Of a stretch of DNA of 64,000 bases, positions 18,096-30,467 are shown piece after piece. The notes beneath the pieces are model-generated. The model did not search any database. It saw only the letters and a list, made by a program, of their open reading frames with translations, and was not told the origin of the DNA. The DNA is from Gemmatimonadota bacterium (lineage in GTDB: Bacteria > Gemmatimonadota > Gemmatimonadetes > Palauibacterales > Palauibacteraceae), in the NCBI GenBank assembly GCA_965116475.1, contig OZ220691.1, positions 544,001-608,000 of the forward strand, read 5' to 3'. The translations under genes and the position numbers were made by a program. Each line of letters opens with the position of its first letter. Within the stretch, counting starts at the first letter, position 1.

Positions 18096-18962
18096 TCATA
18101 GTTTCCACTCAGGATGGCGAATTGAATCATAGAACTCCACGCATGGAGCCGCGGGAGGGCAAAGCCCCAGTCGCTGCCGCCCACCATCCAATAGGGACGC
18201 CAGCTCGTCATAATACTGCCCTTCGCCGTCCCACGCTTCCGTCGCGTCGGCGGCCAGCAACTCAAGGCGTCGACGATAGGCGTACGAGACCGTGTCTGCT
18301 ACCTGGATGATTGGAGAATGCTCAGATTTGATCGGGAACGGCGTGTTTATGATCTGATTGAAACGGTCGTTGGTGCTCCACTCCTTCCATACCCGTACGT
18401 TGCGGCCCTTACGTCGTCTTGTGATCCTTTTCTGGTACAGGCCGTCGAACCATGGATCGCCTGCGTAAATGGCGTCCGAGAACGCTGGCATAAGGCGTTT
18501 GTTGTCGTCCATCACGACCACGGTGTGCCCCTTGTTGCGAGTGAGGAGTTGCATCTTTTTTTGTACAAGAGACATGGTGAACATAGCAGCTAGGAGCCAA
18601 GGATCTTTGTTCACCGCGGGGAAGTCGGTCGAACAGTCAAGAGCTTCCCGCGTGGCGTCGAAAGACAGTCCAATCCCGAACACCTTGCCACCGTCCGCGA
18701 CCGCTAACCCGCAGATGTCCTGAAGGAATTCCTTGCGATCAACCGCAGATATTCTCCCCCAGGCGCCGCGGCCGTTGATGAACTGACTGGTCTTGAGTTC
18801 GCTCCGTCGATATCCTGGATACCGTGCCAGCATCTCCCGTATCATTTCGCGGACGATGTGCGTCCGGAGGCGCAATTTGGTAGCATCCACCATCACTCCA
18901 CACATGACGAACACGTCACTCTGATCGGTTTGGCCACTCTCATCGACATATAGGAACTTCAT
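18096..18962 (-). CDS. DUF3800 family protein
   Basis: MKFLYVDESG N-terminus, ELK, and SEHSPIIQVAD.VSY C-terminal motif. Confidence 0.85.
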   Translation of the reverse strand: MKFLYVDESGQTDQSDVFVMCGVMVDATKLRLRTHIVREMIREMLARYPGYRRSELKTSQFINGRGAWGRISAVDRKEFLQDICGLAVADGGKVFGIGLSFDATREALDCSTDFPAVNKDPWLLAAMFTMSLVQKKMQLLTRNKGHTVVVMDDNKRLMPAFSDAIYAGDPWFDGLYQKRITRRRKGRNVRVWKEWSTNDRFNQIINTPFPIKSEHSPIIQVADTVSYAYRRRLELLAADATEAWDGEGQYYDELASLLDGGRQRLGLCPPAAPCVEFYDSIRHPEWKL

Positions 18963-19121
18963 CCCCTCCGAACCCTCCTCACTCGGTAGCCAGTCCGATC
19001 TCGCACAGCGAGCGTGCCGGCAGTTCGAGAGGACTCGCTCCGCCCTTCACGCCGCGGGTCGTCGAGCGACCCCAAGCCTCGCCCTTCGCACCCACAGCAT
19101 GGCACCCCTGCGACTCGTCCT

Positions 19122-21212
19122 TCACCTTCCCTCCAGTTCCAGCGCTTGTCGCACCAGTCTCAACGCCGGCCCGACATCTTCTTTACGTCGCAGGTCGACC
19201 AACACACCTCCATCGTACCTCGATCCCACGAGGAATTTCCAACGCCTCGCATCCCGTGCGATCCCGTCATCATCTTCGATCTCGTTGACCTCTGGCGCCA
19301 TTAGCAGCAACAGCCTCCCCACTCGCGGCAGCACCTCCACAAAGAACTCTTGAGCATGATAGCTGATCGACTGACCCTCCGCGATTTCCACGATCACCGA
19401 ATCCAACTGTTTGATCTCCTCTCTCACCACACCAAGCAGTTCTCGAGCGTGGCTATTCATCTTTACCTTCTCGACGCTCCCTCGCTTCGACCGCCTGACG
19501 AGATCCTCATACTTCGCCTTCTCCAGCAGCTCCGGTGCCACCGCCAGGCGCGGCCAAATCGCCAAGGTGCGGCGACACAACGTCACACCCCGCTCTCGCA
19601 TTTGAGCCGCAGTCCACACGTTCTGCTCCCTCACAAACCGATTCAAACGGACCGCACTCTCTGCGAAGCCACCCTTGATTGTCTTTTTCTCCTCGAAGGA
19701 TCGATCCGACATCTCACTGTTATACCCAGTCAATGTCAGGTTCCCGAGCCGGTGCAGCCATTCCTCCTGTATCACCTTCCAATCTGATCCGAGCATCGCT
19801 TGCCAAGCAGTGGGGAGTCGCGCGTTCTGTGGCATAATATGTTCAATCGAATACTCACTCGTATCGGTTACTTCCTTGACATTATGATTCTCCAACCGCT
19901 CCAAGAGGACGCGACAGACTCTCTTCCCGTAGATGTTCTGTTCAAGCAGCTGCGTTTCGAACTCCTGATTTTGCGGAAATCTGTAGTTCTTTGACTGGCG
20001 TGCCAATCCGACCTTGAGGCTGTCCAATGGCCCCGTGTCCTGAATCTGGTGCGCCAATCTAGCGAAGGTACTCCAATAACCTCGGGTCTGGAGTCCGCAG
20101 ATTGCACGGCGAAACACATAGCTTTCCAGCAGATCCAAAGCTTCGATGAACTCCTCAGTTCGCAGTGTCTTGAGTCTCTCGTGACAATCGTAGAGGCGCA
20201 TTACCAGGATCGCAGGAACGTCAACCAACCTCCGGAGCCGACGCAGGGCTGGGCGGAGGTTTTTGTCGATAACGCCTCTACTGAGACTGAAAGCCGCGTA
20301 ATACCGGGCATATCGAAGCATCTCCACCAGCGCCTCCTCCAAGTCGCCAGCTTCTGCGCATAGCGTATCGAAGGCGCGGCGGAACGCATGATAGATCTCG
20401 TCGGCTCGACCCTGTTTCGCCGCCTCAGTCTTAAGGGCCACGTAGTCTCGGAAGAAGCTATTCGATCGGTCGCCATGCCCCTGAAATAGCAATTCGATCT
20501 TGTGCCAGTACTGTTCATACAGTTTCGTTTGCTCTCGCTCCGGGAGCCCCATGAGAACGAAGTTTCGTATTAGATCAGAGGGGCTGAGGTCGACGCCCGT
20601 TGAATTCAAGCTCTCGAATATCGCTTGCGGGTCATCATGCGAGTGCAATCGCACATCCACCACGTCAAGACGCTTGATGCCCCTATAGATTCTCTGTGGA
20701 TCCACTTCCGCCATGCGGCCCTGAAAGTAGCTGTAGTTTTCTCGAATGCGTGCGGACTCGGTTGAGGGGGGTTCGGTCTCATCAAGGATGGCGGTCAAGG
20801 TCTCGTGGTCGTGGCGCCGGAGGACGAGTTTTGGGCGGTCGGGATCCGGCAGTGTGGGGTTACGCAGGAACTGCCTGTCCAGATTATCTCCCGTCAGGTA
20901 AGCGTCCTCATACTCGGACCGCGTTACGAGGTCCCGGAGGGCAGCCGCCATAAGGACCACGGTGGTGAAGCGCTGCTGGCCGTCGATGAGCAGCCATCGT
21001 TGAAGGGACGCCTCGGCGTCGTGCGAAGGAGCGTATACGATCGAGCCAAGAAAATGCCGTGCGTCGGAGGGAGCGTCAGCAACGGCCAAGACATCCTGCC
21101 AGAGTTGTTCGCATTGCTCCGCAGTCCAGCTGTAGTCGCGCTGGAAGACGGGGATGAGGTATTGCCGCTGGCCGTCGATTAGCCTGATCAGAGGGTTATC
21201 AGTGGCTTGCAT
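19122..21212 (-). CDS. GmrSD-like type IV restriction protein (DUF262 + DUF1524 + probable DUF5655 tail)
   Basis: IPVFQRDYSW, HFLGSIV, LIDGQQRFTT, IFESLNSTG, SIEHIMPQ, HRLGNLTLTGYN. Confidence 0.9.
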   Translation of the reverse strand: MQATDNPLIRLIDGQRQYLIPVFQRDYSWTAEQCEQLWQDVLAVADAPSDARHFLGSIVYAPSHDAEASLQRWLLIDGQQRFTTVVLMAAALRDLVTRSEYEDAYLTGDNLDRQFLRNPTLPDPDRPKLVLRRHDHETLTAILDETEPPSTESARIRENYSYFQGRMAEVDPQRIYRGIKRLDVVDVRLHSHDDPQAIFESLNSTGVDLSPSDLIRNFVLMGLPEREQTKLYEQYWHKIELLFQGHGDRSNSFFRDYVALKTEAAKQGRADEIYHAFRRAFDTLCAEAGDLEEALVEMLRYARYYAAFSLSRGVIDKNLRPALRRLRRLVDVPAILVMRLYDCHERLKTLRTEEFIEALDLLESYVFRRAICGLQTRGYWSTFARLAHQIQDTGPLDSLKVGLARQSKNYRFPQNQEFETQLLEQNIYGKRVCRVLLERLENHNVKEVTDTSEYSIEHIMPQNARLPTAWQAMLGSDWKVIQEEWLHRLGNLTLTGYNSEMSDRSFEEKKTIKGGFAESAVRLNRFVREQNVWTAAQMRERGVTLCRRTLAIWPRLAVAPELLEKAKYEDLVRRSKRGSVEKVKMNSHARELLGVVREEIKQLDSVIVEIAEGQSISYHAQEFFVEVLPRVGRLLLLMAPEVNEIEDDDGIARDARRWKFLVGSRYDGGVLVDLRRKEDVGPALRLVRQALELEGR

Positions 21213-21267
21213 GAGGGCTCCGGTCGTTGCAGTGCATTAGCGGGCCGAAGGAAAGGCCGTTGCCATG

Positions 21268-24200
21268 CTAGGTTGGGGTTCGCCGGTATGCGAGGGCAAA
21301 CACAGTATCGCCGAGCCAGCGCTTGAAGTCGGTGTTGTCTACGAACTGCTTGAACAGCTCGGTGTCGTCCTTCATGATGCTCGTCATCACGCGGGCGAGA
21401 GCGCGGTCGTGCTCGATTCGGGCGTTCTCGCGGTCCGAGTTCTCCCGGGCGTTCTTGAAGGCCGGGTCCTGCGCCACCTTGGCCGGGATCGTCTCGGTGA
21501 TCATCTCTTGGACGCGGTCATCGTGCTCCCACTCGATCGCGCCGAACAGGTCGTTGAACTCGTCGATGATCCGGGACAGGCGGTCGATCTCGGGGTCGGG
21601 GCGCCCTCCCCCGTTGACGCCGGGCACCGGCTCGATTTCGGCGTCCTCGTCGGGGAGGATGATCTTCTGCATCGCTTTCTTCTCGACGCGGTAGCTGTCC
21701 ATGTCGATCGTTTCGAGGATGCCCTTCGAGAGGTCCTCCTCCGCGGGCGCCGGCAGCTTCGGGATCAGGAAGTTCAGGAAGATCGAGCGCTCTTCCCAGC
21801 CGGGGTTGCTGTAGGGGAGGATCGAAGACAGGAAGCCGTAGGTCCGCACGAAGCCGCGGGCCTTGCTCTTGAACGCGACCTGTTCGTCTTCGTCCAGGTC
21901 CTCGATGTACACGGCGACGCACTGGTCCAGGATGGGATCGAGTTGGTCGCGGTCCGCTCCGTCCAGATAGCCCTTCACGAACGCCGTGACCTGCTCCAGC
22001 CGGTACACGTGGGCGGCGTCCAGATCCGCCTGGAGGTCGTGGAGCTTGTTGGGGTCCGTCTCGTCGGCCAGGACCGTCGCGCGGTAGTAGTCGGCGAAGG
22101 CCTCGGTGATCGTGTCCGTGTCGTTCAGGAAGTCCAGCACGAACACGTCGTGCTTCTTGGGGTGCGACCGGTTGAGTCGCGACAGGGTCTGGACCGCCTT
22201 GATCCCGGAGAGCGTCTTGTCGACGTACATGGTGTGGAGCAGCGGCTCGTCGTAGCCGGTCTGGAACTTGTCCGCGCAGATGAGGAAGCGGTACGGGTCC
22301 TCCTGGAAGGTCTCGGCGATCTTGCTCGGCGGGAAGCCGTTCAGCGTGGCCTCGCTCACCTTTTTCCCGCCGTACTCGTGTTCGCCCGAGAAGGCGACGA
22401 TCGCCCCGTAGCGGCTCTTCCGCTCCTCCAGGTAGTCGCGGATGGCGTGGAAATACTGGATCGCGCGCTCGATCCCGTTGGTCACGACCATCGCGCGCGC
22501 CTTGCCGTCGATCTTGTGCTGGGCCAGCACCTGTTCGTGGAAGTGGTCGACCATGATCTCGGCCTTGAGGCGGATCGCATGGTCGTGTCCCTCGACGTAG
22601 CGGCGGAGCTTCTTGCGGGCCTTCCGGACGTCGAACTCCGGGTCGTCCTCCACCGTCTTGGCGAGCTTGTAGTAGCTCTTGACCGGCGTGTAGTGCCGGA
22701 GCACGTCCAGGATGAAGCCCTCCTCGATCGCCTGCTTCATGCTGTAGGTGTGGAAGGCGCGGTGCCGGACGGTCCCGTCGCTCTGCGGATCCGGCTCGCC
22801 GAAGATCTCGAGCGTCTTGTTCTTCGGCGTGGCGGTGAAGGCGAAGTAGCTGGCGTTGGGGAGCAGCTTCCGCGACTCGATCAGACGGTTGATCTGGTCC
22901 TCGTACGTCTCCTCCTCCTCCGCTTCGCCCGCCTCGCCCAGCGCGCTCGCCATGGCTGCGCTGGTCTTCCCTCCCTGACTCGAGTGCGCCTCGTCGATGA
23001 TGATCGCGAAGGTGCGCCCGCGCTGCTCGTTGCCGATCTCGTCGAGAATGAAGGGGAACTTCTGGATCGTCGAGATGATGATCTTCTTCCCCTGCTCGAT
23101 GAACGTGCGCAGATCGCCCGACTTCTCGGCGTGCCCCACCGTCGAGCTCACCTGCGCGTACTTCCTGATCGTGTCGCGGATCTGCCGGTCGAGGATGCGG
23201 CGGTCGGTGACGACGATGATCGAGTCGAACACGGGCGCGCCGTCCTTCTCCAGCCGGATCATCTGGTGCGCCAGCCAGGCGATCGAGAAGCTCTTGCCGC
23301 TGCCGGCGGAGTGCTGGATCAGGTAGCGGCTTCCCGCCCCGTGCTCGCCGGCGTGGGCCAGCAGTTGGCGCACGACGTCGAGCTGGTGGTAGCGCGGCCA
23401 GATCTGGACTCGCTTCTTCCTCCCCGTCTTTCGGTCCTTTGACGCCACGACCTGCGCATAGTTTTCAAGCATGTTGGTCAGGCTCTCCCGGGCCAGCACC
23501 CGACGCCACAGGTAGTCCGTGGCGAGCCCGTGGGGGTTGGGAGGATTCCCCGCCCCGTCGTTCCAGCCGCGGTTGAACGACAGGAACCAGGAGGCCTTCC
23601 CCTTCAGGTGCGTGCAGAAGTGGATCTCGTTCTCGTCGACCGCGAAGTGCGCCAAGCAGCGCCCCAACCGGAACAGCGGCTCGCGCTGACTACGGTCCCG
23701 CCGGTACTGCCGCATCGCGTCGCTGACCGTTTGTTTCGTCAGGCGGTTCTTGAGTTCGAACGTGAAGACCGGGAGGCCGTTGATGAAGAGTCCGATGTCG
23801 AGAGACCGCTGGGTCTCGTCGCGGCTGTACCGAAGCTGGCGCGTGACCGTGAAGCGGTTCTGCTCGAAGCGCTGCCTGGCCTTGACGTTTTCGGCCGAGG
23901 GCGTGCCGTAGAAGAGGTCGAGGTCGTGCGGGCCGTGCTTGATGCCGTTGCGGAGGACATCGATGGTGCCGCGCTTGTTGATCTCGCCTTGGAGCCGGGC
24001 AAGGAACTTGCGGCGGGTGGGGCCGTCTTCCGTGAGACGGAGGGCGGCGGCGGCTTCAGGTTGCGTGATGTAGAGGAAAGTGCGGAGTTGAACGAGGTCG
24101 ACGCAGTACTCGCGGTTGTAGTCGTGATGGTTACCTTGAGACCAACCTACGCCGCCATGGCGTGCGGGCGGTTCTCGTACGGTCGGTCCTGACGGAGGAT

Positions 24201-24270
24201 CGCAGGGGTCTCCAGTCAGAGCCTTGCAAATCAACCGCTCGAAGCTCCGTTCATTCATATCGGTTGTCAT
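21268..24270 (-). CDS. hsdR: Type I restriction enzyme subunit R
   Basis: DIGLFINGLPVFTFELKN nuclease motif; QHSAGSGKS; IIDEAHSSQ; FTATPK; KFQTGYDEP; QTLSRLNR. Confidence 0.96.
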   Translation of the reverse strand: MTTDMNERSFERLICKALTGDPCDPPSGPTVREPPARHGGVGWSQGNHHDYNREYCVDLVQLRTFLYITQPEAAAALRLTEDGPTRRKFLARLQGEINKRGTIDVLRNGIKHGPHDLDLFYGTPSAENVKARQRFEQNRFTVTRQLRYSRDETQRSLDIGLFINGLPVFTFELKNRLTKQTVSDAMRQYRRDRSQREPLFRLGRCLAHFAVDENEIHFCTHLKGKASWFLSFNRGWNDGAGNPPNPHGLATDYLWRRVLARESLTNMLENYAQVVASKDRKTGRKKRVQIWPRYHQLDVVRQLLAHAGEHGAGSRYLIQHSAGSGKSFSIAWLAHQMIRLEKDGAPVFDSIIVVTDRRILDRQIRDTIRKYAQVSSTVGHAEKSGDLRTFIEQGKKIIISTIQKFPFILDEIGNEQRGRTFAIIIDEAHSSQGGKTSAAMASALGEAGEAEEEETYEDQINRLIESRKLLPNASYFAFTATPKNKTLEIFGEPDPQSDGTVRHRAFHTYSMKQAIEEGFILDVLRHYTPVKSYYKLAKTVEDDPEFDVRKARKKLRRYVEGHDHAIRLKAEIMVDHFHEQVLAQHKIDGKARAMVVTNGIERAIQYFHAIRDYLEERKSRYGAIVAFSGEHEYGGKKVSEATLNGFPPSKIAETFQEDPYRFLICADKFQTGYDEPLLHTMYVDKTLSGIKAVQTLSRLNRSHPKKHDVFVLDFLNDTDTITEAFADYYRATVLADETDPNKLHDLQADLDAAHVYRLEQVTAFVKGYLDGADRDQLDPILDQCVAVYIEDLDEDEQVAFKSKARGFVRTYGFLSSILPYSNPGWEERSIFLNFLIPKLPAPAEEDLSKGILETIDMDSYRVEKKAMQKIILPDEDAEIEPVPGVNGGGRPDPEIDRLSRIIDEFNDLFGAIEWEHDDRVQEMITETIPAKVAQDPAFKNARENSDRENARIEHDRALARVMTSIMKDDTELFKQFVDNTDFKRWLGDTVFALAYRRTPT

Positions 24271-25707
24271 GAGTGGGTATGGTTGAGAGCCGGAGCGGGA
24301 TCCGACTCTTCCCAGTCCTCGGCAAGAGTCGCCTTGGCATCTCGGTGGAGATCGCCTTCGAGGCTGTGGCGTCGGGGCAGCGAAGCCGCGGCCTCTCGCA
24401 CGTCGAGCTTGCCGGTGACGACATCGGCGATCAGGCGGCTGCGGTATTCTCGCAGCAACTCAACCTGTCGTTCCGCGCGGGACAAAGCCACATCCAAGTC
24501 CTGCTTCCTTCGGTGTATCTCTGTAACGAGCCTCTGCTGTTCGGCGAAAGGGGGCTTGAGCACCCGTAGCGCTCCGATGTCTTCCATGTTAAAGTGACCC
24601 ACAGTAGTTCCTTGTGTCGCTAACCGGACATGGTCTCTGGGTGGTCCCGCGTAGATCATGTAAACGAGTAGATTTGGATCATATTCGCCTCGCCTCGACC
24701 GCATTAGTACCGTGCGCTGCCCTAGGCAAACGTTTGCATCCTTGGGCACAACACATGCTTCGCCAACAGGAGCTTCTCGCGTGAAGATCACGTCACCAGG
24801 CTCCGGCTTGGTTCGCCTTGTCCACGCCTGAAACGCCTCCTTGCTGGTGCAGTAGGTGCCTTCCCATCGGAGGCTCCCTCCCCGAACAGCCGTCGTTCGC
24901 ACGACTCGATACTCGCTATCGTCAACCTCAGGCGCTGTCCTGTGCTCGCAGTCCACCAACCGGTCAAGAACCCACTTCAGGGCAACCACATCCCAATGCT
25001 CAGGTACTTTCCCCATCCACTCCACACCGGAGTCCTTGTAAGCCGGGTACGGCTGGCCGGTTCGGGCATCGATCTGGCCTGTGACGGCTTGATGGATGAT
25101 GGCCCGCTTCTGTTCCTCCAGGAGTTCGATCAACCGTTCCTTTGCGCTGACGTAGCGTCGGATGCGCCAGTCAACGTGGTCGAGGAAGCGGACGATCGCT
25201 GCTTGCTCCGAACTCGGCGGTACGGGAACCAGTTGGTCCCCGAAGGCCGCAAAGCGGAAGTCGGTCGATCGCTCCCGAACACCCCGAGAGAGAGCCGAGA
25301 TCCATTGGCTCCGAGCCATCTCGCGGATGCATGACGCGTAGTAGTGCGAGTTCGTAGCGCCGTGTCTCGGCGCACAAACCGAATACACCGGTGTGCACTT
25401 ACCATCCGAGTCGGAGACGCCGCAGGCACCGGCAAAAGCGTCCATCGTGTGGATCACGAGATCACCACGGCGAACTCCCTGATAACCAATCTCCTTCAGT
25501 GACTCCGTGAAGCCTGAAGTTCGGCGGTTCTTTCGAAGCGTCACTGTGCCATCGCGAAAACACGTGACTACGTCGTCACTCGAGGTGACCGGTCGATCCA
25601 GCTTTGCAAACAACGACTTCGACCGCATCACTGACCAATGCTCTGGCACCGTGCCAAGCCATTCCACACCGGAATCCCGGAGGGAATCGTAGGGTCTCGC
25701 TCCGCTA

Positions 25708-25715
<8 letters not shown>
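24267..25715 (-). CDS. hsdS: Type I restriction-modification specificity subunit S
   Basis: Two DSGVEW.G.VPEHW repeats, two PP..EQ motifs, LI..(A/V)VTG conserved regions. Confidence 0.95.
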
Positions 25716-27849
<2,134 letters not shown>

Positions 27850-28078
27850 GTTTCCCCTGGTGGCTCCTTGGAATCGTCAAGTATGCTTGAGCGTTGCAGA
27901 TCTCACCACGACCACTCAAGGATCCGTTGGCAGATGCAGGTACGGCAGGGAATGCACCTACGGCAAGTGCCCCCCAAAAAACGGGGGGGCTGACAAGCGC
28001 CTCGTACGCGAACCAGCCCGCAGGCGAGGTTCCCATTCTCTTCTGCAAGGCAGCACAGCCCGCCAGTCCCAAACCCAT

Positions 28079-28121
28079 CTGAAGCGCTGACCTCGGCGTC
28101 AACCAATGCCGTACTTGTACA
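28079..28121 (+). mobile_element. IS481-family right-end remnant, copy 2 (internally shortened)
   Basis: CTGAAGCGCTGACCTCGGCG...CCGTACTTGTACA. Confidence 0.7.
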
Positions 28122-28206
28122 CCTAGCTAGGAGCCGCTGTTGACAACCTGCGTGGAATCCGCTTTCATGTGTGCTTCCGACGACCACCGATTCCATTCTC
28201 GACGCC

Positions 28207-29019
28207 ATGAACACCTTTAAGCCCAAGAGTCTAGCTGAATTCGTCGACAACGTGAACGAGCTCGATCAGTCGATTGACGGCCCTCTTTGGTATAGAGGTG
28301 CGTCGAAGTTATCGTACCGCCTCCTACCGAGCCTGTATCGTCCCCGTCCCACGAGCACTCCTCCGCTTAGCCTTTCCGAGCTCGAACAGCGACTCGTCGA
28401 CCGCTTTCGCGAGCGTAGCATCCCCTATCACGCACACCCTCTAGATCCTGACGATCTCGAGATCCTGTTTCTAATGCAGCACTTCGGCGTCCCGACTCGT
28501 TTGCTGGATTGGACCGAAAATCCATTCTTTGCACTCTTCTTCGCGCTTCGGCACGTGTCCTTCCGCCGGGGCACGCACGGCGACATGTTCTGCACGCACG
28601 ACGCCACCGTCTGGGTGCTTGACGCTGCCGCCTGGAACCGCGCAGCCCTGAAACACCTTAGCTATGATGTCGGACCACTTGACCCTAGTCACGAGAGTGT
28701 AATCCCTTACCGTTCCATCGGGAGCATCCACGAGCTCCCGTCACCTCCCGTAGCCTTATACGGTGCCCACACAAGTTCTCGGATCGTTGCCCAACAGGGA
28801 ACCTTTGTGCTATTTGGGAAAGAAACGCGGCCCATGGAAACGATAGCAGCCCGCTCCATGTTCCCAACGGAATGTCTAGTCCGCCTCGTTCTCACTCGCG
28901 GCGTGATTCGAGAACTCCGTCGTGCCCTCTTCCGTCACGGCATCACCGAAGCCGCGCTGTTTCCTGACTTGGAAGGTCTGGCGCGTGACCTCAAACACAC
29001 TTTTGGGTTTTCGCTATGA
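28207..29019 (+). CDS. FRG domain protein
   Basis: WYRG....YRLLPSLYR, MQHFGVPTRLLDWTENPFFALFFA, RIVAQQGTF, GIT.AALFPDLEGL; alternative start at 28171. Confidence 0.92.
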   Translation: MNTFKPKSLAEFVDNVNELDQSIDGPLWYRGASKLSYRLLPSLYRPRPTSTPPLSLSELEQRLVDRFRERSIPYHAHPLDPDDLEILFLMQHFGVPTRLLDWTENPFFALFFALRHVSFRRGTHGDMFCTHDATVWVLDAAAWNRAALKHLSYDVGPLDPSHESVIPYRSIGSIHELPSPPVALYGAHTSSRIVAQQGTFVLFGKETRPMETIAARSMFPTECLVRLVLTRGVIRELRRALFRHGITEAALFPDLEGLARDLKHTFGFSL

Positions 29020-30083
29020 TTTCACCGCCTCGATTTAAGATTCGGCAACATGATGCAAGGACTCTCTCTTGGTGGCGGCATCGCCGCGATCAGATTGATA
29101 TGAACCCACCATATCAACGGCGCGGTCGGTTATGGTCTTCGGCCGATAAGGCGTATCTTGTGGACTCGATTCTAAACGAATTCGATATTCCAAAGTTCTA
29201 TGTCGCCGATTTCACGTGGGGCAACTCACAGTTGAACGAAGCTCAGCTTCCTTATGCCATCATCGATGGCAAACAACGATTCGAAGCCATCTTTGATTTC
29301 TACGATGGCAAGATTCAACTGCAAGATGATTTTGAGTATCGATCGAACCCTAAACACAAGCTGGGCGGGCTGAGCTATCGCGACCTGCGCGACAACTACG
29401 CGGATGTAGCGGAAGTATTCGACAATTTCGTCCCACATGTCATGGGAGTGTACGCTGAGGAGGAAGGCAAAATCAACGATTTGTTTGTCCGCCTGAATCG
29501 TAGTAAGCCGCTGACCGGCGCCGAGATCCGAAACGCCATGGGAGGACCAGTACCAGCGATCCTACGTGAATTGGCGAACCATGAGTTTTTTGCAGAGATT
29601 ATACGATTTAACGTGAAGCGCGGCCAAGACCTAAACGCCGTAGCTAAGATATTGTTGTTTGAATTCTATCATGAACTGCGAGATACAAAGAAACGCAACT
29701 TGGACGAGTTCGTGGAGAGCGTCGGGGCGGATAAACAAGAGCGATTGGAATTGGCGGGACGGAAGATCGTCGATGTTCTCGATGATATGCGTGATGTGTT
29801 TTTGCCGCGAGATCGGTTGTTGTCGTCATCGGGTATCGTGCCGGTGTACTATTGGTTTATGCGCGAACGAACACGTAATGAACTGCCCCGAGTTCGACGA
29901 TTTATTGTTGGCTTTGAAGAAAAGCGGAAAGAGCACCGCCGAAGACTTCGCGACCAGCCCGGGATGGAGGAGGTGGATCACGAACTGACGGAGTACGATA
30001 ACTACAACCGAAGCACGAATGACGTGTCAAGCCACCGCGGGCGAGTTAGGATCCTCACGCGGCGTTTCAAGAAGTCACCCTAA
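29016..30083 (+). CDS. DUF262 (GmrS/ParB-like) domain protein
   Basis: PPYQRR..LWS, LVDSIL..FDIP, IIDGKQR, LFVRLN.SKPLT.AEIRNA; ATGA overlap with the FRG gene. Confidence 0.88.
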   Translation: MISPPRFKIRQHDARTLSWWRHRRDQIDMNPPYQRRGRLWSSADKAYLVDSILNEFDIPKFYVADFTWGNSQLNEAQLPYAIIDGKQRFEAIFDFYDGKIQLQDDFEYRSNPKHKLGGLSYRDLRDNYADVAEVFDNFVPHVMGVYAEEEGKINDLFVRLNRSKPLTGAEIRNAMGGPVPAILRELANHEFFAEIIRFNVKRGQDLNAVAKILLFEFYHELRDTKKRNLDEFVESVGADKQERLELAGRKIVDVLDDMRDVFLPRDRLLSSSGIVPVYYWFMRERTRNELPRVRRFIVGFEEKRKEHRRRLRDQPGMEEVDHELTEYDNYNRSTNDVSSHRGRVRILTRRFKKSP

Positions 30084-30467
30084 TACGTTGCTGTCGCTAT
30101 GCGCGAGGTTCCCGAGCCACACGTGGCCTTGTGCGCTTCGGGGCATTGATGGGCTCGCCGCGCTTCGGTGAGCGAGATTACGCTGAAGGAGGCATGGTTG
30201 ATGGATGATGAACGGAGTGATGCGCAAGTGCTGGCGTCGGACCACGGTAGGATTCAGGCTCTCTTGACATTGAATGAACTTCTCCTGTACAGAATGCCCA
30301 AGGACGATTTGCGCGCTGTACGACAGCTTGTAGACGGTTTGCGGATGGACTAGCGCATGCTCGCAACGAACTCGGAAGGGGTCCTTGAGGCACCCGAGTT
30401 CCCCCGCCACTATTATGAGGGGTACACGGAGCAGTTTGACCGCTTTATTGACCGAGTCAGCCGCTAG

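Noticed and set aside
27969-27990. GCCCCCC-AAAAAAC-GGGGGGGC hairpin upstream of hsdM
   Set aside because: Single low-complexity hairpin with no U-tract or second copy; no function can be supported.
30168-30467. 61-aa ORF and its in-frame continuation as a third gene of the FRG-DUF262 cassette
   Set aside because: It is interrupted by TAG, cut by the IS481 insertion and has no recognisable motif; at most a fragment.
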